This document shows positions 1 to 8,835 of a stretch of 16,945 bases of DNA, piece by piece. The stretch comes from a bacterium (GTDB taxonomy: Bacteria; Zhuqueibacterota; Zhuqueibacteria; Oceanimicrobiales; Oceanimicrobiaceae). Where the stretch lies: positions 1 through 16,945 of the forward strand of contig JBHHXT010000100.1 of assembly GCA_046757165.1 (NCBI GenBank), in the 5' to 3' direction. The translations under genes and the position numbers were made by a program. The number at the start of each line of letters is the position of its first letter. Positions within the stretch are counted from its first letter, which is position 1. The notes beneath the pieces were generated by a model. That model saw only the letters and a program-made list of their open reading frames with translations. It was not told where the DNA came from and ran no database searches.

Positions 1-465
1 GTTGAAATCCGGCCGCTCGCGCCGGATGACCACAGTCGGGCAACCGACTTCTTTGGGGACGCCGACCGCGTGTTCACGCTTGGCCGTGAGTATTTCTTGT
101 TCGAGCTGTCAGGCTTCGTGGCGGTTCAGGAGACGCTGCCTATCGGTCTCATAACCTACCACATGGAGGGGACTGAGTGCCAGATTGTCACCATCAACAG
201 CCAGGTAGAGGGCATGGGGATCGGCACGGAGTTGCTGAAAGCCGTGATCAAAACGGCGGTCGCCGCCGGATGCGAACGGGTGCGTGCCGGGGTCACAAAC
301 GACAACGTGGACGCGTTGCGCTTTTTCCAGACGCGAGGCTTTATCCTGGCGGCGTTGAATCGCAACATCACCGACTCCTACCGCCAGCGCCATCCGAGCT
401 ACCCGGGTTATGGCATGCACAGCATCCCGATTCGGGATGAGATTGAGGTGGAGATGAATTTCTGA
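1..465 (+). CDS. GNAT-family N-acetyltransferase (5' end lies outside the window)
   Basis: Frame 1 is open from base 1 (VEIRPLAPDD...), upstream of the GTG at 70 used by the ORF track. It has an acetyl-CoA-binding motif A variant (EGMGIGTELL) and the C-terminal GNAT motif TNDNVDALRFFQTRGF. Stop TGA at 463-465. Confidence 0.88.
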   Translation, partial: VEIRPLAPDDHSRATDFFGDADRVFTLGREYFLFELSGFVAVQETLPIGLITYHMEGTECQIVTINSQVEGMGIGTELLKAVIKTAVAAGCERVRAGVTNDNVDALRFFQTRGFILAALNRNITDSYRQRHPSYPGYGMHSIPIRDEIEVEMNF

Positions 466-536
466 GGCGGGTGTGAAGAGATGGGGGGAAAGTCGCATCA
501 TTCAGCCACCGGGCTCAGCAACCCAATAATAGATTC

Positions 537-566
537 AGCCACGAATTAACACGAATTGGCACGAAC
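537..566 (+). repeat. Period-10 tandem repeat (CACGAA x3) abutting the recC start codon
   Basis: AGCCACGAAT-TAACACGAAT-TGGCACGAAC is followed directly by ATG at 567. ATTCAGCCAC is also directly repeated at 500-509 and 533-542. Confidence 0.75.
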
Positions 567-3500
567 ATGCCGTTCAAACTTTGCACGAGCAACCGCTTAG
601 AACTGCTCGCTGACCAGCTTGCCGAGACCTTCCGCCAGCCATCAGGCTCTGCGCTCGAGCCGGAAATCGTGGTGGTGCAAAGCCACGGGATGGCGCGCTG
701 GCTCTCCATTCAGCTTGCCCACAAGCTCGGCGTTTGCGCCAATGTCCGCTTTCCCTTTCCAAACACGTTTGTGCAGGAGGTGACCCGTAACGTCCTGCCG
801 GTGCAGGACCTGCCTCAGCAAGCCGAAGATAACGTTGACAGAACGCCTGACCCGTACGCCCCTCACATCCTGACGTGGCGTGTCATGCGCATTTTGCCGC
901 TTTGCCTGCACAAGCGAGAATTCAGCGTGCTGAGAACCTACCTCGAGGAACCGGGCAGCCAGGTCAAACGATTGCAGCTCTCCAGCCGCATCGCAGATTT
1001 GTTCGACCAGTACCTGCTTTTCCGGCCGGAGATGATGTTGAAATGGCAGGCAGGGGAGGGAAACGGCTGGCAGGCCCAGCTCTGGCGTGAAATCAGCAGA
1101 GAGCATCCGGGGAGGCACCGGGCTGCACTCCGGCAGGCGCTGATGAAGAAACTCAGCGAGCCGGATTTCAAGCCTGATCTGCCCCCCCGAATCACGGCCT
1201 TCGGTATTTCCGCCCTGCCCGAGTTTCACGTTCAGGTGTTCGACGCGATTTCGAGATTCTCGCAGGTCATGCTTTTTCTCATGAATCCATGCCAGGAGTA
1301 CTGGGGGGACATCGTCTCCAATTCAGAGATAAAGCGGGCCATGGCGCGCAAAGGCCAGCGCAAGACCATCGAGCTGTTCAACCTCGAAAAGGGCAACGCC
1401 CTGCTTGCTTCCATGGGGAAACTGGGGCGGGATTTTTTCGATCTGGTGGAGCAGTTCGATTATGAGCAGATTGAGGCATTCGAGGACCCCGGTGAGGCGA
1501 CTTTGTTGGCCTGCCTGCAATCTGACCTGCTGCACCTGCGCGACCGCGGCCTGACGGGCGAGAACAAGAAATCGGTCGCGGCCGAAGACAGCTCGATTCA
1601 GTTTCATTCCTGCCACAGCGTCAGACGTGAGGTCGAGGTGCTGCAGGACTATCTGCTCGATTTGTTTCAAACCCGCCCGGATCTCGAGCCTGGCGACATC
1701 CTGGTCATGGCACCCGACATCGAACCGTACGCGCCGTTCATCCAGGCGGTGTTTGATTTGCCCCATGACGACCGCCGGCGCATCCCGTTCAGCATCGCTG
1801 ATCGCACGTATGGCAGAGAAAGCGAGGTCATCTCCGCCTTTTTTGCGCTTCTCAATTTACATGACAGCCGCTTTGAGGCGACCCGGGTTTTGAGCCTGTT
1901 GGAAGCGCCGCCGGTACAAAAAAACTTTGGTCTTAGCAGTGAAGACCTGGAGTGGATTCACGCCTGGGTCAGAGAGACGTGTATTCGCTGGGGCCAGAAT
2001 GCGCAGGACCGTCGTCGCTTTGGGCTGCCCGAGGTGGCACAAAACACCTGGCAGGCCGGGCTGGAAAGATTGCTGCTCGGCTACGCCCTGCCTGGTCACG
2101 ACGAACCACAGCTTTTTGCCGACACCATCGTCCCGTATGACCATGTCGAAGGGGGCCAGGCAGCAGCCCTCGGCAACCTGGCGGAATTCCTGCAGCGGTT
2201 GTTTGCTGCGGTGGACGCGCTGGGGGGCAAACGGACGCTGGTGCAGTGGCGCCAGGTCCTGACTGGCTTGCTCGAGGCCTTTTTTGCCGTGCGTGACGAG
2301 ACGGTTGCGGATTTGCAGACCATCCGGCGCGTTCTCATGAGCCTCGAAGAAATGGAGGCTGTGTCCGGGTTCGATGAAAAAGTCGAGCTGCGTGTCATTC
2401 AGCATTTCCTGAAGCCGCGGTTGCAGAAAGAAGGGCATGGCTTTGGCTTCCTGACTGGTGGCGTGACGTTTTGTTCGATGCTGCCCATGCGCAGCATCCC
2501 GGTGCGCGTTCTTTGTTTGATGGGGATGAGCGGCGATGGTTACCCGCGGCGCAGCAAACACCTGGGATTCGACCTGATGGCGCAGAAGCCACGCAAGGGC
2601 GACCGTTCGCGCCGCCAGGATGACCGCTACTTGTTTCTCGAGGCGCTCCTTTCCGCGCGGGAGAGATTGTATTTCAGTTATGTGGGACAGAGCATCAAAG
2701 ACAACACCCGCGTGCCCCCGTCCGTGCTCATCAGCGAGCTGCGTGACACCCTGGCCGCCAACTTCGAAATGAAGGGGGAGGATATCCTTGAAAAACTGAC
2801 TTTTGTACACCGGCTCCAGGCATTCAGCCCGGCCTACTTCGACGGCTGCGATAAGCTTTTCAGCTACTCGCAGGACAATCTGGCTGCGGCCAGAAGCCTG
2901 GTCAGCAGCGAGCCGCTGCCGCCGGCGCTGTTTATGCCGCAACCCTTGCCGGAACCGGAGCCAGCGTTCAAAACCGTGTCCCTGGCCGACTTGTACCGTT
3001 TCTTCCGCAACCCGGCGAATTTTCTGTTGAACCGGCGACTGGGGATGGTGCTCCGCGAGGGAAGCGAGGGGATAGAAGAGACGGAAGCCTTTGCGCTGCA
3101 AGGTCTCGACCGCTATGAGGTCGCGCGCCACCTGGTGGAAAGGTACGTCACCCGGACGGATGAGCGGGCATTGCGTGATTTTAGAAAGGCGAAGCTAGCC
3201 ACCGGGGAGCTGCCGCACGCTGCGGTTGGGGCCTGCGAATACGACCGGTTGCAGGCCCGAGCCAGACATTTCGTCGAGTTGACGGACCGCTTTGTGGCCG
3301 GCGAGGCGCTTCCGGCGCTGGATTTCGAGCTCGAGTTGGCAGGCTGCCTGCTGCGCGGGAGCGTGGAGGGCATCTTCCCAGCCGGTGCCGTGATTTACCG
3401 CTTTGCGCGTGTGCGCGCGAAAGACTATTTGCGCGCCTGGCTGCATCATTTGGTGTTGAACCGTGTGCGGCCGGAGAACTATCCGGCGCAAACGCTTCTT

Positions 3501-3884
3501 GTCGGGGTCGAGACGGCACGGGAAGGCAACTGGTGCGGCTGGCGCTTCCAGCCTGTTGCCAACAGCCAGGAGGTGCTCACCAGCCTGGTCGAGCTGTACT
3601 GGCAGGGCTTGCGTCAACCGCTGCGCTTTTTCCCGGACTCGGCCCTGGCGTACGTCGACAAGTTGCTCAACTCGAAGAAGACGCCGGACGAGGCCGTGAA
3701 AAAAGCACAAGAGACCTGGGACGGCGGCACAGGCGACGGCGGTGAACGTATTCGCGGTGAAAAAGACGACCCCTATCTCGACCTGTGTTTTGGCAGAGAG
3801 GACGCGCCGCTGAATGCCGAGTTTCAGCATCTGGCACGCGCCATTTTTGAGCCGATCGTGAACCACCGGGAGGTGATCAGTTGA
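567..3884 (+). CDS. recC: Exodeoxyribonuclease V gamma subunit
   Basis: 1105 aa. N-terminal SNRLELL, EIVVVQSHGMARWLSIQLA..GVCANVRFPFP, IADLFDQYLLFRPEM, NPCQEYWGDI, HSCHSVRREVEVLQD, DILVMAPDIEPYAPFIQAVF, GGVTFCSMLPMRSIP and GDRSRRQDDRYLFLEALLSAR are all RecC hallmarks. Confidence 0.97.
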   Translation: MPFKLCTSNRLELLADQLAETFRQPSGSALEPEIVVVQSHGMARWLSIQLAHKLGVCANVRFPFPNTFVQEVTRNVLPVQDLPQQAEDNVDRTPDPYAPHILTWRVMRILPLCLHKREFSVLRTYLEEPGSQVKRLQLSSRIADLFDQYLLFRPEMMLKWQAGEGNGWQAQLWREISREHPGRHRAALRQALMKKLSEPDFKPDLPPRITAFGISALPEFHVQVFDAISRFSQVMLFLMNPCQEYWGDIVSNSEIKRAMARKGQRKTIELFNLEKGNALLASMGKLGRDFFDLVEQFDYEQIEAFEDPGEATLLACLQSDLLHLRDRGLTGENKKSVAAEDSSIQFHSCHSVRREVEVLQDYLLDLFQTRPDLEPGDILVMAPDIEPYAPFIQAVFDLPHDDRRRIPFSIADRTYGRESEVISAFFALLNLHDSRFEATRVLSLLEAPPVQKNFGLSSEDLEWIHAWVRETCIRWGQNAQDRRRFGLPEVAQNTWQAGLERLLLGYALPGHDEPQLFADTIVPYDHVEGGQAAALGNLAEFLQRLFAAVDALGGKRTLVQWRQVLTGLLEAFFAVRDETVADLQTIRRVLMSLEEMEAVSGFDEKVELRVIQHFLKPRLQKEGHGFGFLTGGVTFCSMLPMRSIPVRVLCLMGMSGDGYPRRSKHLGFDLMAQKPRKGDRSRRQDDRYLFLEALLSARERLYFSYVGQSIKDNTRVPPSVLISELRDTLAANFEMKGEDILEKLTFVHRLQAFSPAYFDGCDKLFSYSQDNLAAARSLVSSEPLPPALFMPQPLPEPEPAFKTVSLADLYRFFRNPANFLLNRRLGMVLREGSEGIEETEAFALQGLDRYEVARHLVERYVTRTDERALRDFRKAKLATGELPHAAVGACEYDRLQARARHFVELTDRFVAGEALPALDFELELAGCLLRGSVEGIFPAGAVIYRFARVRAKDYLRAWLHHLVLNRVRPENYPAQTLLVGVETAREGNWCGWRFQPVANSQEVLTSLVELYWQGLRQPLRFFPDSALAYVDKLLNSKKTPDEAVKKAQETWDGGTGDGGERIRGEKDDPYLDLCFGREDAPLNAEFQHLARAIFEPIVNHREVIS

Positions 3885-6800
3885 ACTCTGCCCCACACCA
3901 TTTTGACCTGCTGAACAGCCCGCTGGCCGGCAAGAATTTGCTCGAGGCGAGCGCCGGCACCGGCAAGACGTACACCATCGCCGGACTCTTTCTGCGACTG
4001 CTGCTGGAGGCAAACATCCCGGTGGAGCGCATTCTGGTTGTGACCTTTACCGAGGCCGCCACCAATGAGCTCGAGGATCGAATCCGCACGACCTTGCACA
4101 AGGCCCGCGAGGGGTTCACGAACAAGTCGAGCGATGATCCTTTCCTCGACGCCTACATCAAGAAACATAAGAAGCACGAGTGCGCCATCGACCAGCTTCA
4201 TCTCGCGCTGCAAAACTTTGATGAAGCCGCCATTTTGACCATTCACACATTCTGCAACCGCGTCCTGCAGGAAAATGCCTTTGAGAGCGGTGGCTTGTTC
4301 GAGGCAGAGTTGATCACGGAGCAAACAGAGTTGCTGCGCCAGATCGTTCAGGACTTCTGGCGCAGAAATTTCTATTCCGCCTCCGGCTTGTTTGTGCGCT
4401 ACGCCCTGAACGACCTCGACCCGGATGCGCTCTTCCGGCTGGTGCAGGGCAAAGTGGGGCTGCCTGATTTCAAAATCATTCCACCGGTCGCTGCGCCGGA
4501 TTGTTCTTCTCTGGAAGCGCGTTTTGAGAGTTCGTTTCAGACCGCTCGCGCACTCTGGCTGCACACGCGTGACGAAGTCGCCAGCCTGCTGCTACAGGCA
4601 AACGGCCTGAACAAGCGCTCGTACAACAAGGAAAAAATCCCCGCCTGGATGAACGCCATGGACGCCTGTCTTGGACCAGAGCAGCCGACGCCGGTCTTGT
4701 TCAAGGATTTCGGGAAATTCACGAGTGGCACCATTGCCAGGAGCATGAACAAAGGCCACACGCCGCTCAAACATCGGTTCTTTGACGCCTGCGAGCAGCT
4801 TCTTAACGACAGCGTGGCGCTCGCGAATGGATTCGAGCAGCGCCTCATCGCCTTGAAAACCGAGGTGTTCGACTACGTACGTCAGGAGCTGCAAAAACGG
4901 AAGCAGGAGCGCAATATTTTATATTTTGACGATTTGCTGCTCAATCTGCATGCCGCCCTGCACGAACGCGGCGACACCCTGACGCGTGCGGTCTCTGAAG
5001 AATACCGGGCCGCCCTTATCGATGAATTCCAGGACACGGACCCGGTGCAATATGAGATTTTTCGCAGGATTTTCGAGCGCGAAGAGCGACCGTTTTTTCT
5101 CATCGGTGATCCGAAGCAGGCCATCTACGGCTTTCGCGGGGCGGACATTTTTGCCTATATGCGCGCCCGGGCCGAAACCCGGGCGGAAAACCGGGCCACC
5201 CTGTCGACCAACTATCGTTCGGCGCCCGCGCTGATCACCGCCACGAATGCTATTTTTTCCAGGGCGCCGGCGCCATTTGTCTATCCTGAAATCCCTTTTC
5301 AAAGCGCGTCTCCGGCGCCGGACCAGAGCCAACGGGAGGAACTGATAATCAACGGTGAGCAGGAGTGTCCCCTGCGCGTCTGGTATGTGGACGCCAGTGT
5401 GCACCACAAAAAAGACCGCGCGTTGAGCAGGCACGACGCGTGCGCGCTCATCACCCGGGCGGTTGTTGCCGAGATTGTGCGCTTGCTTGCGCTGGGCCGG
5501 GAGGGCCGGGCGGTGCTGGGTGACCGGGCGCTTGCGGAGCGCGACATCGCTGTGCTGGTGCGGTTTAATCGGCAGGCCAGCGACCTGCAAGCCGCGTTGA
5601 GTGCGGCAAATGTGCACAGCGTTTTGTACAGCACGGCCAACCTTTTCGATGCCCGCGAAACGGTCGAGCTTGCGACCATTCTCGCTGCGGTGGCCGAACC
5701 CCGGCGGCAAAGTCTGCTCAAATCAGCGTTGGCCACGGAAGCCATTGGGGTCAGCGGTGAAGCGCTGTTCAATTTCACCCACGAGGATGATGGCTTCGAA
5801 GTTTGGTTCGACAAGTTTATGCGTTACCACGAAATCTGGCAGCAGCACGGCTTCATGCGCATGTTCCGCGATTTGATGAGGCAAGAGCAAATTCCGGCGC
5901 GTCTCATGCGCTACGCCGACGGCGAGCGGCGCATGACGAATCTGCTGCATCTGGCTGAAACTCTGAACCAGACCGAGACCACGCGCAAGCTTGGCATGGC
6001 CGGCTTGCTCAAATGGCTCGCCGAGCACCAGGCCTCCGCCGCAGCTCCCAGCGACGAGCACCAGCTTCGCCTCGAAAGCGACGAAAACGCGGTGAAACTG
6101 GTCACCATGCACAAGTGCAAGGGGTTGGAGTATCCGGTGGTATTTTGCCCATTTACCTGGCACGGCTCATGGGTGCGGCGCCAGGAGCCGATTAAGTTTC
6201 ACGACGAAACCCAGGAGCGGACGTTTACGCTCGACCTGGGATCCGAGGCCCGGGACCATAATAAGACCAGGGCTGAGAAAGAAACGTTAGCCGAGAATCT
6301 TCGCCTGCTGTACGTCGCGCTGACACGTGCCAAACATCGCTGCACCCTGGTGTGGGGCCGGTTTGGCGAGGGCAGCACCTCTGCGCCAGCCTACCTGCTG
6401 CATCAGCCGGAAAAGCTCGACCCCGGCAACCTGGTGGAGTGCCTGAAAAACCACCTCAAGGAGTTGAACGATCCCGATCTGCGCGCAGATTTACAGAAAC
6501 TCATGGCCAGCTCCTCCGGCGCTATCCAGGTCGAGGACTTGCCGCGACAGGAGGCGCCGCGGCTGCCCCGACAGGTCTTGCCAGAGCAGTCGCTGTCCGC
6601 CCGGCGCTTCACCGCGCGAGTCGACAGCGGGGACCGCCTGGCCAGCTATTCCTGGCTTATTTCTGGCCATCCCTACAGCGCGGAGCTGGCGGATTACGAT
6701 TTGGTCGGCGTTCAGGGTGAGACCGAAGAGACCCCTGGCCTCGCCACAGAGGAACAAACACATGCACATTTCCTGCGATTTCCGCGCGGAGCGAAAACCG

Positions 6801-7510
6801 GCACCTTTGTGCATGACATCCTGCAGAACCTCGATTTCGCCGAATCGTCGCAAGAGTGGGTCGAACGGCTGGTGGGCGCGAAACTGAACGCCTACGGCTT
6901 CGACGAAAAATGGCTGGGCGCGGTCTGCGACATGATTGAACGCGTGCGCGCGGTTCCCTTGCGCGGCCCCGGCGGCGCGTTCACTTTGTCGCATATCACC
7001 CGGCAAGCGCGACTCAGCGAGCTGGAATTCTACTTTCCGCTCAGGCAATTCTCGCCCCGCGCGCTGGCGGAGGTGTTTTCCGGCAACGCCGGGGGCGTCC
7101 CGCCAGGTTTCGCAGAGAGATTAGCCACGCTCTCCTTTGTCCCCTTCAAAGGGTTGATGAAGGGGTTTATCGATATGGTGTTTGAGCACGCCGGACGGTT
7201 CTACATCATAGATTGGAAATCGAACTATCTGGGCAGTGAGGTCGTGCGCTACAACCAGACCACCCTGACGCAGGCGATGGTGGACAACCTGTACATTTTG
7301 CAGGCCCATATTTACGCCGTGGCCTTAGAGCAGTACCTGCGCGTGCGTTTGCCAGACTACACCTTCCAATCACATTTTGGCGGGATTTTCTATATTTTTC
7401 TGCGCGGCCTCGATGTGCAAGCAGGGCCGGAGCTCGGCGTCTACCAGGCCGGGCCGGATGAGCGGCTGCTGTCAGAGCTGTCTGCGAGACTGGTGCAGGA
7501 GAACAGCTAG
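3881..7510 (+). CDS. recB: Exodeoxyribonuclease V beta subunit (SF1 helicase plus C-terminal nuclease)
   Basis: 1209 aa. Walker A EASAGTGKT, VVTFTEAAT, LIDEFQDTD, IGDPKQAIYGFRGAD, TMHKCKGLEYP, LYVALTRA, and the RecB nuclease motifs GFIDMV...IIDWKSN and YILQAHIY. The TTG start overlaps the recC TGA (TTGA, 3881-3884), with SD GGAGGT at 3869-3874. Confidence 0.97.
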   Translation: MNSAPHHFDLLNSPLAGKNLLEASAGTGKTYTIAGLFLRLLLEANIPVERILVVTFTEAATNELEDRIRTTLHKAREGFTNKSSDDPFLDAYIKKHKKHECAIDQLHLALQNFDEAAILTIHTFCNRVLQENAFESGGLFEAELITEQTELLRQIVQDFWRRNFYSASGLFVRYALNDLDPDALFRLVQGKVGLPDFKIIPPVAAPDCSSLEARFESSFQTARALWLHTRDEVASLLLQANGLNKRSYNKEKIPAWMNAMDACLGPEQPTPVLFKDFGKFTSGTIARSMNKGHTPLKHRFFDACEQLLNDSVALANGFEQRLIALKTEVFDYVRQELQKRKQERNILYFDDLLLNLHAALHERGDTLTRAVSEEYRAALIDEFQDTDPVQYEIFRRIFEREERPFFLIGDPKQAIYGFRGADIFAYMRARAETRAENRATLSTNYRSAPALITATNAIFSRAPAPFVYPEIPFQSASPAPDQSQREELIINGEQECPLRVWYVDASVHHKKDRALSRHDACALITRAVVAEIVRLLALGREGRAVLGDRALAERDIAVLVRFNRQASDLQAALSAANVHSVLYSTANLFDARETVELATILAAVAEPRRQSLLKSALATEAIGVSGEALFNFTHEDDGFEVWFDKFMRYHEIWQQHGFMRMFRDLMRQEQIPARLMRYADGERRMTNLLHLAETLNQTETTRKLGMAGLLKWLAEHQASAAAPSDEHQLRLESDENAVKLVTMHKCKGLEYPVVFCPFTWHGSWVRRQEPIKFHDETQERTFTLDLGSEARDHNKTRAEKETLAENLRLLYVALTRAKHRCTLVWGRFGEGSTSAPAYLLHQPEKLDPGNLVECLKNHLKELNDPDLRADLQKLMASSSGAIQVEDLPRQEAPRLPRQVLPEQSLSARRFTARVDSGDRLASYSWLISGHPYSAELADYDLVGVQGETEETPGLATEEQTHAHFLRFPRGAKTGTFVHDILQNLDFAESSQEWVERLVGAKLNAYGFDEKWLGAVCDMIERVRAVPLRGPGGAFTLSHITRQARLSELEFYFPLRQFSPRALAEVFSGNAGGVPPGFAERLATLSFVPFKGLMKGFIDMVFEHAGRFYIIDWKSNYLGSEVVRYNQTTLTQAMVDNLYILQAHIYAVALEQYLRVRLPDYTFQSHFGGIFYIFLRGLDVQAGPELGVYQAGPDERLLSELSARLVQENS

Positions 7511-7551
7511 TATTTACATAAGTGTTTGATTATGCATGTCTTGGATAAATC

Positions 7552-7634
7552 GCAGTGCAACGCTGAAGCGTTGCACTGCCGCGCTGCAACGGAAGAGTGG
7601 TGCAGGTGAAAGTGAAATGCTAAAGCATTTCACT
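7552..7634. repeat. Pair of related REP-like palindromes flanking a small central hairpin
   Basis: GCAGTGCAACGCT-GA-AGCGTTGCACTGC (7552-7579) and AGTGAAATGCT-AA-AGCATTTCACT (7611-7634), with CTGCA...TGCAG (7584-7605) between them. Confidence 0.8.
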
Positions 7635-7710
7635 CCTTGCCTATGAGACGCAAACGACCCGATAGAACATCACCGCAGGAATCTCGAAGGTTTGAGGAAA
7701 GGAGGAAGGC

Positions 7711-8694
7711 GTGAAAGCATTAGTTACAGGTGCCCGGGGCTTCATCGGCAGCTTCCTGGTCGAGCAATTGCTGGCCAGCGGTGTCGAGGTGCACTGTCTT
7801 TTGCGCGGCACAACGAGCGCAAATGTCTGGATTTCGGGCCTGACCTGCAAACGCATCACCGGCGATATCACCGAACCGGCAACCTTGCCACAGGCAGTGA
7901 GCCAGGTCGACTATGTTTACCACCTGGCCGGTTGCACAAAGGCGGTCAACCGCCGGCAGTACGAGCAAATCAACGCTGACGGAACGCGCAACTTGCTGGC
8001 CGCCACGCTGGCGCAGAATCCGGCAGTGAAGCGCTTTGTGCTGGTCTCCAGCCTGGCTGCGGCTGGCCCGAGTTTGAACGGCGAGCCTTTGACCGAGGAG
8101 GACCAACCCCACCCGGTTTCCAGCTACGGCCGCAGCAAACTGCGCGCAGAAAAGATCGCTCTGGATTATGCGAACAAACTGCCGATCACCATCATCCGGC
8201 CGCCCGGCGTCTACGGCCCGCGGGACCGGGATGTCTATAGATATTTCAAATACGCCAGACAGGGCATGCGACCGGTTCTGAGCGGCGGCGCAAGAAGCAC
8301 CAGTTTTATTTATGTCAAAGACCTGGCCAGGGGCATTATCCTGGCCTCGGAAGTGAGCGCCGCCATCGGACAGACCTATTTTTTGTGCGATGATGAGCCG
8401 TACACCTGGGAGGAACTGGGCGCCGCCATCGCCTCAGCGCTCGATGTTCAAACCAGGAAACTTCTTCTGCCCGTCTTCCTCGCCCTTCCCGTGGCGGCCA
8501 TCGCCGACTTAACTGCCAGAATCCGCAACCGGCCCTCGATCATCAACCTGGACAAATACAAAGAGCTCAAAATGAGCCATTGGATTTGTAGCAACGATAA
8601 GGCGAAGAAAGAGTTGGGCTTCAACACGGGCTTCACCCTCGAGGAAGGGATAAAAGAAACCGCTGAGTGGTATGTTGAAAACGAATGGCTTTGA
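7711..8694 (+). CDS. NAD-dependent epimerase/dehydratase family protein (extended SDR)
   Basis: 327 aa. Rossmann motif TGARGFIG, HLAG, catalytic YGRSK (YxxxK) and IIRPPGVYGP. GTG start with SD GGAGG at 7701-7705. Confidence 0.93.
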   Translation: MKALVTGARGFIGSFLVEQLLASGVEVHCLLRGTTSANVWISGLTCKRITGDITEPATLPQAVSQVDYVYHLAGCTKAVNRRQYEQINADGTRNLLAATLAQNPAVKRFVLVSSLAAAGPSLNGEPLTEEDQPHPVSSYGRSKLRAEKIALDYANKLPITIIRPPGVYGPRDRDVYRYFKYARQGMRPVLSGGARSTSFIYVKDLARGIILASEVSAAIGQTYFLCDDEPYTWEELGAAIASALDVQTRKLLLPVFLALPVAAIADLTARIRNRPSIINLDKYKELKMSHWICSNDKAKKELGFNTGFTLEEGIKETAEWYVENEWL

Positions 8695-8760
8695 CTTCTT
8701 CGTGTCCTGCGGGCGCACCACAATGCTTAGAAACAAAAAGTTTTTGTCACTCTAATTTCT

Positions 8761-8792
8761 CCATTCGCGTGTCTTCGCGTTCATTCGCGGCT
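8761..8792 (-). repeat. Period-10 tandem repeat (CGCGAA x3 on the minus strand), related to the element at 537-566
   Basis: The plus strand reads CCATTCGCGT-GTCTTCGCGT-TCATTCGCGG-CT. Its reverse complement is AGCCGCGAAT-GAACGCGAAG-ACACGCGAAT-GG. Confidence 0.75.
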
Positions 8793-8835
8793 ATGGGTTA
8801 GCTCGGGGTTTCATCGCGCCAGGAATCGTCTGCCG

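Noticed and set aside
1857..3131. 424-aa antisense ORF inside recC
   Set aside because: It lies entirely opposite a well-supported gene and has no recognisable motifs. Such shadow ORFs are common in GC-rich coding DNA.
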